64,000 nt of DNA from Actinomycetota bacterium (lineage in GTDB: Bacteria; Actinomycetota; CADDZG01; WHSQ01). Numbering within the stretch: position 1 is the first letter of the stretch; the number at the start of each line of letters is the position of its first letter. This document shows, one piece after another, positions 44,943 to 52,574 of this stretch. The position numbers and the translations under genes are program-made. The DNA lies in assembly GCA_046566065.1 (NCBI GenBank), contig JBKHXK010000010.1:4392-68391 (forward strand). The letters run 5' to 3'. A model generated the notes under the pieces. That model was not told the DNA's origin. It searched no databases and worked only from the letters and a program-made list of their open reading frames with translations.

Positions 44943-45773
44943 TCAGGGCGTGGACCCGAGCTCCTCCAAAGGTAGCGGGTCGCTGGGGGCCTCGACCTCC
45001 ACCGGCTCGTTCGGATCGGTGATCGTCAGATCGAGCTCGAACACGGCCCCCGCCAAAGGCCCCAAGACCTCGTCGAGATCCAGGGACTCGTCCAGCGCGA
45101 ACTCGATCGAGATCGACAGGCTCCGCAGGAGTCTGTCCTCAGCGCCGGTGAGCAGCTCGATCCGGGAGCTCCGGACGGCGTTGTCGAGGCGCTCGGCCTC
45201 GGCCTCATCGATCGGGCTGAGATCAGAACGCCCGAAGCGCTGGGCGGTCAGAACGAGGTCGCTCATGACCTGCGCCACGTCCAGCTCCCCCGTAACCCGA
45301 TCGACCTTTTCGCCGGAATGCTCCTCGTCCTCGGAGAGAACCGGCTCCCGTATCCATTCGGCCACCTGGAGCTGCTCGAAGAGCCCTTCGCCCTCGCTCC
45401 CGCCACGCAGGATGTCCGCTTGATCGGGCGGGATCTCGTAGGCGGTCCCATCCACCAGGATGAAGGCGGCGTCGCCGGTCGAGACGAATCCCTGGGTGAC
45501 CGGGTCTTCGCTAGACAGGTCCGTGTATTCGATCTCGGCAACCGGCAGAGCGCCTTCCTCAGGTAGCTGGAAAGAGCCGGTCAGCTCGAAACCAGCTTCT
45601 GCTTGCTCGCCACCGGCATCGGGCGTCGAGGCGGTCACCGAGAGGTCGACATGACCGCTCCTCAGCTCCTCCAACTTCGACGTGGTTTCCGAGACCACGT
45701 CGGAGGGTTCGGTGGCGCAACCCGTCAACGCGAGACAAAGGCCGGCGACCAGCCACAGGGATCGGGTCCTCAT
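44943..45773 (-). CDS. lipoprotein, function unknown
   Basis: Signal peptide with lipobox LALTGC. The mature part is acidic. It directly abuts the upstream gene. Confidence 0.6.
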
Positions 45774-46508
45774 CTACGGAGTGGGTGATGCAGCAGGCTC
45801 CGTCGACGTCGGGGTCGGTTCCGATGTCGAGGAAGGAGAGGCCTCCGTAGTGGGGGTCTCGGACGTCGATGTCTCCGGGGTAGTGACGGTTACCGGGGTC
45901 TCGGTTGGTTCCGCTTCATCGACGGTCTCCGACTCTTCCTTCGACGAGGGCGGAGGCCCCGCGGGAACCAACTCGCTGTCCACAACGGCGTAGAGCTCCT
46001 GCACCAAGGGATCCACCGCGGCATGGATCTCCGCGAGGGTCATGTCGTCCGAGTCCTTAGATAACTCGCGGATCTCGCCCAGGATCTCTTTGATCGCTTG
46101 CTGCCCTTCCGGTGTGAAGTGCACCGGCCCGCCGGTCGTTAGAACGTATTGATACGCGAGCGCCATCGTTTCGCAAGAGGTGCATCCGACGTTCAGGGCT
46201 AGGGCGAGGTTGTCGGTCGTGACCACATCCGGGTCGCTGAATATCAGCACCACCTGGATCGCCAGGGCGATCGTGCGGCACGAATCACAGCTCGAGACGG
46301 CCACGGCCGCGTTGTCGATGTCGACCGAGCCGGCCATCACCCGGCGGATGTTGAACGACAGATCGAAGATCGTCGAGTTGTCTTTCGTGTTCTGCGCGAG
46401 CGCGACGTTGTCGCCCTGAGGCGTCTGCGCATGGGCGAATGGAGTTACAAGCGCGAGCGTGGCCATCACCGCAAGCGCGAAGCACGCGAAGCGACGGGTG
46501 AAGCTCAT
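45774..46508 (-). CDS. secreted protein with a duplicated N-x-A-x-A...C-x-S-C-x-T-x-A-L-A-x-Q-x-V-L module and a Thr/Pro/Glu/Ser-rich tail
   Basis: Signal peptide ends ...PFAHAQ. The modules are DNAAVAVSSCDSCRTIALAIQVVL and DNLALALNVGCTSCETMALAYQYVL. Confidence 0.6.
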   Translation of the reverse strand: MSFTRRFACFALAVMATLALVTPFAHAQTPQGDNVALAQNTKDNSTIFDLSFNIRRVMAGSVDIDNAAVAVSSCDSCRTIALAIQVVLIFSDPDVVTTDNLALALNVGCTSCETMALAYQYVLTTGGPVHFTPEGQQAIKEILGEIRELSKDSDDMTLAEIHAAVDPLVQELYAVVDSELVPAGPPPSSKEESETVDEAEPTETPVTVTTPETSTSETPTTEASPSSTSEPTPTSTEPAASPTP

Positions 46509-46571
46509 CGTTCCCTTCCCTAGGTTGATCCTCTAGGGGGGGGTATCTCCGGGTCGGAAGCTGCGTAAACG

Positions 46572-47678
46572 CTAGAGGTCGAGCGACTCGACCGTGCCCA
46601 GCGCGGCATCGGTCACGAAGGCCCGGCCCCCGGACACCTCGACATCGATCGAGTACGGCGATGCGACCACACCTGCGCTGGGGTTCCGCTTGCCCGCGGG
46701 CCTGTGCGCGAAGACCTTTCGGCCCGAGGTCGCGTCGAGGCCCAGCAGGCCGTGCGTCGATTGGGCCACATACAAGCGGCCCCTCTCCAGATCCATCCCC
46801 TGGATCCAGTTGGCTTCCTCGGGCGTCAACCTCACCCCGAAACGCTTCCGCTCGCTGATCTTGCCGAGATCCGATGCGTCGAGGACGACGATCTGAGGCG
46901 GGATCGTCTTGTCGAACCAGTACTCGGTCGCGGCGTAGACGGTGCGCGTCTTTCTCGTCACCTCTACCTCGACCTCGGCGAGGCCGACCTCTGCCCAGGA
47001 CCCGAGGAGGTCGGGCCGAGAGGGATCGGTGTAGTCGAAGACCTGCAGACCGGTCTCGCCGGTGGTCACGTAGAGAAGAGGAGCGCCGGTGGCCGCGTCC
47101 TTCGGGTCGTAGAAGAGCCCGGCTGAAGCCGGCCCGCCCACCTTCAACGCCGGCAGGGGGTCGACGTGAACGGGCACGAGGGCTCCCGTCTCCGAGATGA
47201 AGCGGCTGACGACGAGCCCGTCGACCGCGTCGAGCAGGACCAGCCATTCGGCGTCCCCCTGCTTGATGTACTGGACCCGATAGGCGCCCCCGGACGGCTG
47301 ATAGAAGGCGAGGGTGGGGTTCTTCGGATCGGCAAGGTCGATGACGTGGACCCCCTCCTCATCGAAATTGCTCGTTTGACGGGCATAGAAGAGCCACCGG
47401 CCATCGTGGGAGAAGGCGAGGTCGCCATCGAGCGACTGCCGCGCGGTGTCGTAGCGACTTAGAACTTCGGGGCGCGCAGGATCCTTGAGGTCGAGTATCG
47501 CGACCGTCCCCTCGTCGCGTTGAAGGACCGCGCCGATCTTGCCGTGTATCTCGATCCGCCCGAGGCCGGCCTCCTTGGACACCTCGACGGAGGAGCCGGG
47601 CGCTGCGGAACCGGGGCCGGGCGCCACCAGCAGGGCGACGATCAGGAAGGCGCCGAGGGCGCCACGTGAACGAGCCAT
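46572..47678 (-). CDS. secreted beta-propeller-like protein with LVIVD-type repeats
   Basis: A signal peptide is present. The recurring segments VAILDLKDPARPEVL, VHVIDLADPKNPTL, LQVFDYTDPSRPDLL and IVVLDASDLGK resemble LVIVD repeats. Assigned by recall. Confidence 0.6.
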   Translation of the reverse strand: MARSRGALGAFLIVALLVAPGPGSAAPGSSVEVSKEAGLGRIEIHGKIGAVLQRDEGTVAILDLKDPARPEVLSRYDTARQSLDGDLAFSHDGRWLFYARQTSNFDEEGVHVIDLADPKNPTLAFYQPSGGAYRVQYIKQGDAEWLVLLDAVDGLVVSRFISETGALVPVHVDPLPALKVGGPASAGLFYDPKDAATGAPLLYVTTGETGLQVFDYTDPSRPDLLGSWAEVGLAEVEVEVTRKTRTVYAATEYWFDKTIPPQIVVLDASDLGKISERKRFGVRLTPEEANWIQGMDLERGRLYVAQSTHGLLGLDATSGRKVFAHRPAGKRNPSAGVVASPYSIDVEVSGGRAFVTDAALGTVESLDL

Positions 47679-47717
47679 GCAGGAGACTTCGACCGCCGGA
47701 GCGGGAATCCTCCGGAG

Positions 47718-48104
47718 CTATTCCGGTGAAGGGACCCCGGCGATCTCGATCAGCTTCTCGATGACCTCGTCCATGGGCCGGTCCTTGGCGATGAACCCGT
47801 TGGCGCCCAACTCCTTAACCAGGCCGGAGTTGTGGTCGTCTGCGAAAGCCGAGAGAACGAGGATCTTGGTGGCCGGCGAGCTCTGCCGGATCTTCGAGAT
47901 GGCTGCCAGGCCGTCCATCTCCGGCATGGCGAGGTCCAACACCACTACGTCCGGCTTCTGTCGGTGGACCATGTCCACCGCCTCCAACCCGTTCGCGGCC
48001 TCCCCGACTATGTCGAAGCGCCCATCGAACTCCAGGTTCGTGCGCACGAGCGTCCGGATCTCCGGCAGGTCGTCGGCGACGAGCACCCTTATACGTCCCA
48101 GCAT
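47718..48104 (-). CDS. single-domain response regulator (CheY-like receiver)
   Basis: VLVADD...PDVVVLDLAMPEMDG...ILVLSA...K. There is no output domain. The start is probably ATG 48104; the ORF-track TTG is at 48113. Confidence 0.85.
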   Translation of the reverse strand: MLGRIRVLVADDLPEIRTLVRTNLEFDGRFDIVGEAANGLEAVDMVHRQKPDVVVLDLAMPEMDGLAAISKIRQSSPATKILVLSAFADDHNSGLVKELGANGFIAKDRPMDEVIEKLIEIAGVPSPE

Positions 48105-48233
48105 CCCGCGCAATCCTCTCTGTCCGAAATGTCATCCAATCACGTACTGGCCCGAAGTGGGCTACGTAGAAATATGGATGTCGTCCCGGCTTCGGATCCA
48201 GATAATGGAACGAGCAGAACAAGGGGGCTACAC

Positions 48234-48557
48234 ATGCCACGTTGGACAGAAGAATTGGGCGCGTTCGCCCTGGATCTGAACGGCAACGTGACCCTGGCTT
48301 CGCCCTTGGCGGAGCAGATCGCGGGACTCGACCTGACGGCGTTACTCGACCAGCACTTCCTGCAGTTCATTGCGCCCGATGAGAGGGACGAGGCCCAAGC
48401 GATCTTCGAGAAGGCCGTCCAGGGCCACAAAGTGCAGGGCGTGCGTCAGATCGTGATCGCCGGAGGCGACCAGCTCACCGTCGGCTTCACCGTCCAACCC
48501 GATCGCGAGGAGCACGGAACCATCGTCGGCGTTACCGGCACGGTCTGGAGGGAGTAG
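48234..48557 (+). CDS. stand-alone PAS-like domain protein (107 aa)
   Basis: ATG 48234 has AGGGGG 6 nt upstream. The pattern LDLNGNVTLASPLAEQIAGL...FLQFIAPDERDEA...GTIVGVTGTV fits a PAS fold. The upstream part of the 241-aa ORF is antisense to the response regulator gene. Confidence 0.55.
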   Translation: MPRWTEELGAFALDLNGNVTLASPLAEQIAGLDLTALLDQHFLQFIAPDERDEAQAIFEKAVQGHKVQGVRQIVIAGGDQLTVGFTVQPDREEHGTIVGVTGTVWRE

Positions 48558-48617
48558 CCCCGGCAAGAAAGGCCCGTGAGGGTCCGGTCGGTCGAGATGT
48601 CCCCGCCTGCCCGGAAT

Positions 48618-48634
48618 GTGCTACCATGTAGCAC
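48618..48634 (+). promoter_or_regulatory. perfect 17-bp palindrome abutting the antitoxin start codon (candidate operator)
   Basis: GTGCTAC-CAT-GTAGCAC ends one nucleotide before ATG 48635. Confidence 0.45.
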
Positions 48635-48895
48635 ATGGAGACGATCGGGGTTCGAGAATTGCGTCAGCATGCGAGTCGCTGGCTGGCCCGGGTCGCGGCG
48701 GGAGAGTCCTTTGAGGTAACCGACCGAGGGCAACCGGTCGCGTGGTTGGTGCCCACCGGAAAGAGCACACGAGAACGACTGATCGCCGCCGGGCGGCTGA
48801 TTCCTGCGGAAGGCGACCTGCTTGAGATCAGACCGCTGCGAAATAAGCCATCCCTGTCGACCAGCCTAGAAGAACTTCGGGCCGAGGAACGCTGA
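48635..48895 (+). CDS. Phd/YefM-family antitoxin
   Basis: METIGVRELRQHASRWLARVAAGESFEVTDRGQPVAWLVP. Confidence 0.8.
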   Translation: METIGVRELRQHASRWLARVAAGESFEVTDRGQPVAWLVPTGKSTRERLIAAGRLIPAEGDLLEIRPLRNKPSLSTSLEELRAEER

Positions 48896-48898
48896 TCC

Positions 48899-49285
48899 TT
48901 GCTCTACCTCGACTCTTCCGCGCTGGCGAAACTCGTCGTAGCCGAACCCGAAAGCGCGGCTCTCCGCAGATATCTAAAGAGGCGACCCGATCGGTCCACA
49001 AGCGAGCTTTCAGTTGCAGAGGTCTTGCGCGCAGCCCTTAGAAGAGATGACGAACTCGTAGATGCTGCTCGACAGATCCTTGCTCGCGTTGATCGCATCA
49101 CGCTCGGTCGCCAACTGATCGAGACGGCCGGCACTCTGATTCCGCGCGGCATGCGGACGTTGGATGCGCTCCATCTCGCCAGCGCGCTAGAACTCGGGGA
49201 CGAGCTCGAGGCTGTCGTCGCGTACGACGTACGGCTGCTGGACGCGGCCGCGGCTCACGGGCTCCGGACGACGAGCCCTGACTAG
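48899..49285 (+). CDS. vapC: PIN-domain toxin (VapC family)
   Basis: TTG start. Contains LYLDSSALAKLV...DALHLASAL and acidic PIN residues. It lies 3 nt after the antitoxin gene. Confidence 0.82.
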   Translation: MLYLDSSALAKLVVAEPESAALRRYLKRRPDRSTSELSVAEVLRAALRRDDELVDAARQILARVDRITLGRQLIETAGTLIPRGMRTLDALHLASALELGDELEAVVAYDVRLLDAAAAHGLRTTSPD

Positions 49286-49381
49286 ACACCGCTCAGTATT
49301 CCCTCCTCCGATGGCTGCATCGGGCAGGCAGCCAAGCGAAAGATCGAATAGCAGGGTTCGATATGGCTCTGTGAGCAAGCC

Positions 49382-49538
49382 GCTGTTCGAGTTCGACGCT
49401 TCAGGGGAGGTGGCGCGGCTACCGGAGTGAATCGTTCTGCCAACAGGTTTGCTAACGGCAGCAGGGACGCCCACCGACGGAACGGGACGAAATAAGCAGG
49501 GCGGGAGGGATTCGAACCCCCGGCCACTGGTTTTGGAG
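49382..49538 (-). repeat. direct repeat copy 1, made of a remnant toxin 3' end, a spacer and a tRNA-Trp 3' half
   Basis: It aligns without gaps to 50261-50417 at an offset of 879 nt. The last 44 nt are identical. The other roughly 113 nt are about 80 percent identical by eye, and include a remnant ...FEFDASGEVARLPE-stop. Confidence 0.85.
49497..49538 (-). pseudogene. truncated tRNA-Trp (3' half only, from the anticodon loop to the discriminator)
   Basis: 42 nt are identical to 50376-50417. Identity breaks inside the anticodon loop, and no 5' half is present. Confidence 0.85.
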
Positions 49539-49704
49539 TTCCTCACCGCACATTCGAGTCAGCCGACTCTGGCTCCGCCACGATGTTTCTCCCTCCGGTT
49601 CCGTCCGGTCCCGACCTGGACCATCCGTAGAAGCCTCCGGAATCGGTTAGCAGTCCGTTAGCAGGATGCTGCGCTTTCCGCGCTGACTGCCTAGACTGAT
49701 TCTC

Positions 49705-49959
49705 ATGGCTCGAGCCGAGGCTCATCCCGCAGAGGTTTTCCCCGGCATCACGATGGATCCCGAGGTCCGTTTCGGGAAGCCGTGCATCGCCGGCACCCGG
49801 GTCGACGTGGCCACGGTGGTTGGAGCTATGGCCGCGGGCGAGTCAGTGGAGACGATCCAGAAGGAATACAGCCTCACGCTCGACCAGGTGAACGCGGCCC
49901 TCCGCTACGCCACCCACCTCGCCGACCACGCACCCCCGGCGGTCAAGCAAGACTCGTGA
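49705..49959 (+). CDS. DUF433-family protein (antitoxin-like)
   Basis: VRFGKPCIAGTRVDVATVVGAMAAGESVETIQKEYSLTLDQVNAALRYA. A TAGACT -10-like hexamer ends 7 nt before the ATG, so the mRNA may be leaderless. Confidence 0.78.
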   Translation: MARAEAHPAEVFPGITMDPEVRFGKPCIAGTRVDVATVVGAMAAGESVETIQKEYSLTLDQVNAALRYATHLADHAPPAVKQDS

Positions 49960-50309
49960 GGGTCTTGCTCGACGAGAACATCCCTCTACGCCTCTACCGC
50001 CGCCTCCGAGAAGGCAATCTCGACGTCGAGCACCTCGCGCGCGGTCCTCGCGGGATATCGGATGCCGAGATCATCCAACGCCTGACCGACGACGAGGATC
50101 TCGTCCTGATTACTCAGGACAGAGACTTCGAGAAGGTCAGGATCCTCCACGGTGGCAGGGTCATCATCTCGCGGCTGAGTCAGAGCATGCCGATCGACGA
50201 CCGCGTCGGCATATGGGCTGATGCTCTCGCGACCTTTGTGGCCTCGCCGGCCGAGGGAACGCTCTTCGAGCTCGATGCATCAGGTGAAGTGACGCGGCTA
50301 CCCGAGTGA
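49956..50309 (+). CDS. DUF5615-like (PIN-like/Mut7-C-like) toxin candidate
   Basis: The GTG start forms a GTGA overlap with the DUF433 stop. Contains VRVLLDENIPLRL...ISDAEIIQRL...LVLITQDRDF. Confidence 0.68.
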   Translation: MRVLLDENIPLRLYRRLREGNLDVEHLARGPRGISDAEIIQRLTDDEDLVLITQDRDFEKVRILHGGRVIISRLSQSMPIDDRVGIWADALATFVASPAEGTLFELDASGEVTRLPE

Positions 50310-50417
50310 ACCGTTCTGCTAACGGGTCTGCAAACGCCAACAAGGATGCTCACCGACGAAACAGGACGGATAAAGCAGGGCGGGAGGGATTCGAACCCCC
50401 GGCCACTGGTTTTGGAG
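50261..50417 (-). repeat. direct repeat copy 2, made of an intact toxin 3' end, a spacer and the 3' half of functional tRNA-Trp
   Basis: See copy 1. Confidence 0.85.
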
Positions 50418-50450
50418 ACCAGCGCTCTGACCAGACTGAGCTACCGCCCT
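50376..50450 (-). tRNA. trnW: tRNA-Trp (anticodon CCA)
   Basis: Hand-folded cloverleaf:
- acceptor AGGGCGG/CCGCCCT
- D arm GCTC...GAGC
- anticodon arm CTGGT-CTCCAAA-ACCAG
- T arm GGGGG-TTCGAAT-CCCTC
- discriminator G

CCA is not encoded. Confidence 0.92.
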
Positions 50451-50476
50451 AGGTGCGCAGCGCAGTCTATTCCGGG

Positions 50477-50824
50477 TCAGACGGTGGCGGTCCGGGCCCT
50501 CCGCGTCTTCCAGACCGCGGCCCCGGCGCCCAGCGCGGCGACGGCAAGCCCGGCGGCGTACCTCGATCGGTTCCTCGTCAGATGCCCGCGCACCTCGTCG
50601 ACGCCGTTACGCCGGTAAGGGATGGCGGCCAGCGTGTGAACGAGCTCGGGCGGCGGTTCGAGGGTGTGCTCTCGCAACGCGGACAAGGAACCGAACAGGC
50701 TCTGATACTGAGAGAGCTCAGCCGTGCAGTCCTCGCAGCGCGACAGGTGTCGACGCACCTGAAGACCGACGTCGCCATCCCGGGTGTAAGCGGGAAGGAT
50801 CTCTTGGACCTCTTCACACCTCAT
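50477..50824 (-). CDS. anti-sigma factor (zf-HC2 type, single C-terminal transmembrane segment)
   Basis: MRCEEVQEILPAY...HLSRCEDCTAEL. It overlaps the upstream ECF sigma gene by 4 nt. Hydrophobic AAGLAVAALGAGAAVW lies near the C-terminus. Confidence 0.72.
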   Translation of the reverse strand: MRCEEVQEILPAYTRDGDVGLQVRRHLSRCEDCTAELSQYQSLFGSLSALREHTLEPPPELVHTLAAIPYRRNGVDEVRGHLTRNRSRYAAGLAVAALGAGAAVWKTRRARTATV

Positions 50825-51414
50825 CGCTGCTCTCCTTCGAAGATCAGTTGCTTCAACTTCTTGCGGGCCCGATGCACCCGAACCTTTGCGGCGGTTTCAG
50901 AGATCGCCAGTTGAGTAGCGATCTCTTCGATACTCATGCCGTACACATCGCGTAGAACGACTGCCGTCCGATGCTGCTCCGGCAACCTCGCCAGAGCGGC
51001 TTCCAGCGCCCGAACCTCGATGCGAGCGCCGGCGATCGCCTCGACCGAACCCGAGGCCGGGAGCTCCGTCAGAACGTCGTCCTGAACCCCTGCCTCATGG
51101 CTCTGCCGGCGCCTGCGGCCCCGGTGCTTCGACAGAGCCGAGTTGCTGGCGACCCGGTACAACCACGTCTCGAACATCGCATCCCCGCGGAAACCAGAAA
51201 GTCCCCGCCACGCCTTGAGGTACGCGTCCTGCGTCGCCTCGGCAGCGTCGTGAGGATCTCCCAAGATGCGGAGACACAACGAGTAGACGTCCCGGTACGT
51301 CGCCTCGACCAGCTGGCCCCACGCTCTCTCGTCACCGTTGCGACAGCGCTCGATGACGTCGCTCGAGACCCGCTCTGCCGGAGTTCCGTCCCGGTGATCG
51401 CTTGGACGCCTCAT
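50821..51414 (-). CDS. ECF-type RNA polymerase sigma factor
   Basis: Region 2 is DAAEATQDAYLKAWRGLSGFRGDAMFETWLYRVASN. Region 4 is MSIEEIATQLAISETAAKVRVHRARKKL. Confidence 0.9.
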   Translation of the reverse strand: MRRPSDHRDGTPAERVSSDVIERCRNGDERAWGQLVEATYRDVYSLCLRILGDPHDAAEATQDAYLKAWRGLSGFRGDAMFETWLYRVASNSALSKHRGRRRRQSHEAGVQDDVLTELPASGSVEAIAGARIEVRALEAALARLPEQHRTAVVLRDVYGMSIEEIATQLAISETAAKVRVHRARKKLKQLIFEGEQR

Positions 51415-51516
51415 ATGCGGATGAGGTTACAGGGGGCCGGGAAGAGATCCACGGGCGAAGGGTCGTTCTGACGTCGCAGGACGACGCCTAGACGTAGTCC
51501 GGTCGACAGAAAAGGG

Positions 51517-51969
51517 CTAGTTGGAGTCGAAGATGGATTCGAGTCGAGAGAGGAGTTGTGCCTTGTCGAGCTCGGCCTCTCGTCTCACCCGCAACTGCTC
51601 CTTGGTCGAAGACAGCAGATCCTCGATCCCATTGATCAGCTCGTCGGTGTCGAACGGCTTCGTGAGGTACGAGTCGGCGCCCAGTTTGAATCCCCGCACC
51701 CAGTCGGACTCGGAGGTCTTGGCGGTCAGGATCAGGATCTTCATGGTCTCTTTGATGCCCGAAGACTTGAGCTCCTTCAGGACGGTGTAACCGTCCATCT
51801 GCGGCATCATGATGTCGAGTACGAGGACGTCGGGTGGGTCATCCAGCATCATGTCCAAGGCCTGCTGACCGTTCTGAGCCACGCCAACCTTGTGGCCCTC
51901 TTCGACCAGGATGCTGCTCACCAACGTCCTGATCTCGGCGTTGTCCTCAGCTATGAGGATCCGAGCCAT
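51517..51969 (-). CDS. response regulator: receiver domain plus a short C-terminal helix (paralog 1)
   Basis: Start is ATG 51969 with GGGAGG upstream. Contains ILIAEDN...PDVLVLDIMMPQMDG...ILILTAK...KPF, and the C-terminus is EQLRVRREAELDKAQLLSRLESIFDSN. Confidence 0.85.
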   Translation of the reverse strand: MARILIAEDNAEIRTLVSSILVEEGHKVGVAQNGQQALDMMLDDPPDVLVLDIMMPQMDGYTVLKELKSSGIKETMKILILTAKTSESDWVRGFKLGADSYLTKPFDTDELINGIEDLLSSTKEQLRVRREAELDKAQLLSRLESIFDSN

Positions 51970-52038
51970 CTGATGCCTCCCTTCGCAGTGACAGCCGCCC
52001 CCGGCAGCCACTGAGCCCGTCTCCGGGTAGTTACGTTC

Positions 52039-52488
52039 CTACTCGTCCAGTATGGACTCGAGTTGGGAGAGGAGATGCGCCGTATCCCGCTCCTGCTCCC
52101 GGCTAACTCTAAGCTCTTCCTTCGACAACTCCAACATCCGTTCCACCGCCTCGACGACCTCGTCCGGTTCGAAGGGCTTCGTGAGGAACAGATCCGCCCC
52201 CAGCTCCAAGGCGAGGTGCCGGTCGTGCTCGGACCCTTTGGCGGTGAGCACGAGCACCTTCACGGAATCCAGGACCTGGTAGTCGTTCATGTCTCTCAAC
52301 ACGGCGAGACCGTCCATCTCCGGCATCATCAGGTCGAGGACGAGCACCTCCGGAGGATCCATGCACATGGCGTCGACCGCCATCCGCCCGTCCTTGGAGA
52401 CACGGACCTCGTGGCCCTCCTCGGCTAGAACGTAGGTGAGGAGATGGCGGATGTCCGCGTCATCGTCTGCGATATGGATCTTGGCCAT
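52039..52488 (-). CDS. response regulator: receiver domain plus a short C-terminal helix (paralog 2)
   Basis: Contains IHIADDD...PEVLVLDLMMPEMDG...VLVLTAK...KPF, and the C-terminus is EELRVSREQERDTAHLLSQLESILDE. Confidence 0.85.
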   Translation of the reverse strand: MAKIHIADDDADIRHLLTYVLAEEGHEVRVSKDGRMAVDAMCMDPPEVLVLDLMMPEMDGLAVLRDMNDYQVLDSVKVLVLTAKGSEHDRHLALELGADLFLTKPFEPDEVVEAVERMLELSKEELRVSREQERDTAHLLSQLESILDE

Positions 52489-52574
52489 GGTCAGCCCCTG
52501 CCACTCCCCCGCGTTCCCTTATCCCTGACCCCATAACCATCGGGACGACCTGCAGGCGACTTGAGCGACCCCAG

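Noticed and set aside
45774-46508. A functional link between the secreted CxSC-module protein (N-x-A-x-A segments) and the Asn/Ala-rich small peptides at 41-42 kb.
   Set aside because: The similarity is limited to short low-complexity N/A/V/L patterns with different spacing. The loci are separated by the secE-nusG-rplKA genes. It is treated as probably compositional and is mentioned only as a caveat.
49286-50375. An intact integrative element or prophage at tRNA-Trp.
   Set aside because: There is no integrase, excisionase, or phage or conjugation gene between or near the repeats. Only a toxin-antitoxin cassette is bracketed. It is reported as a degraded footprint, not as a mobile element.
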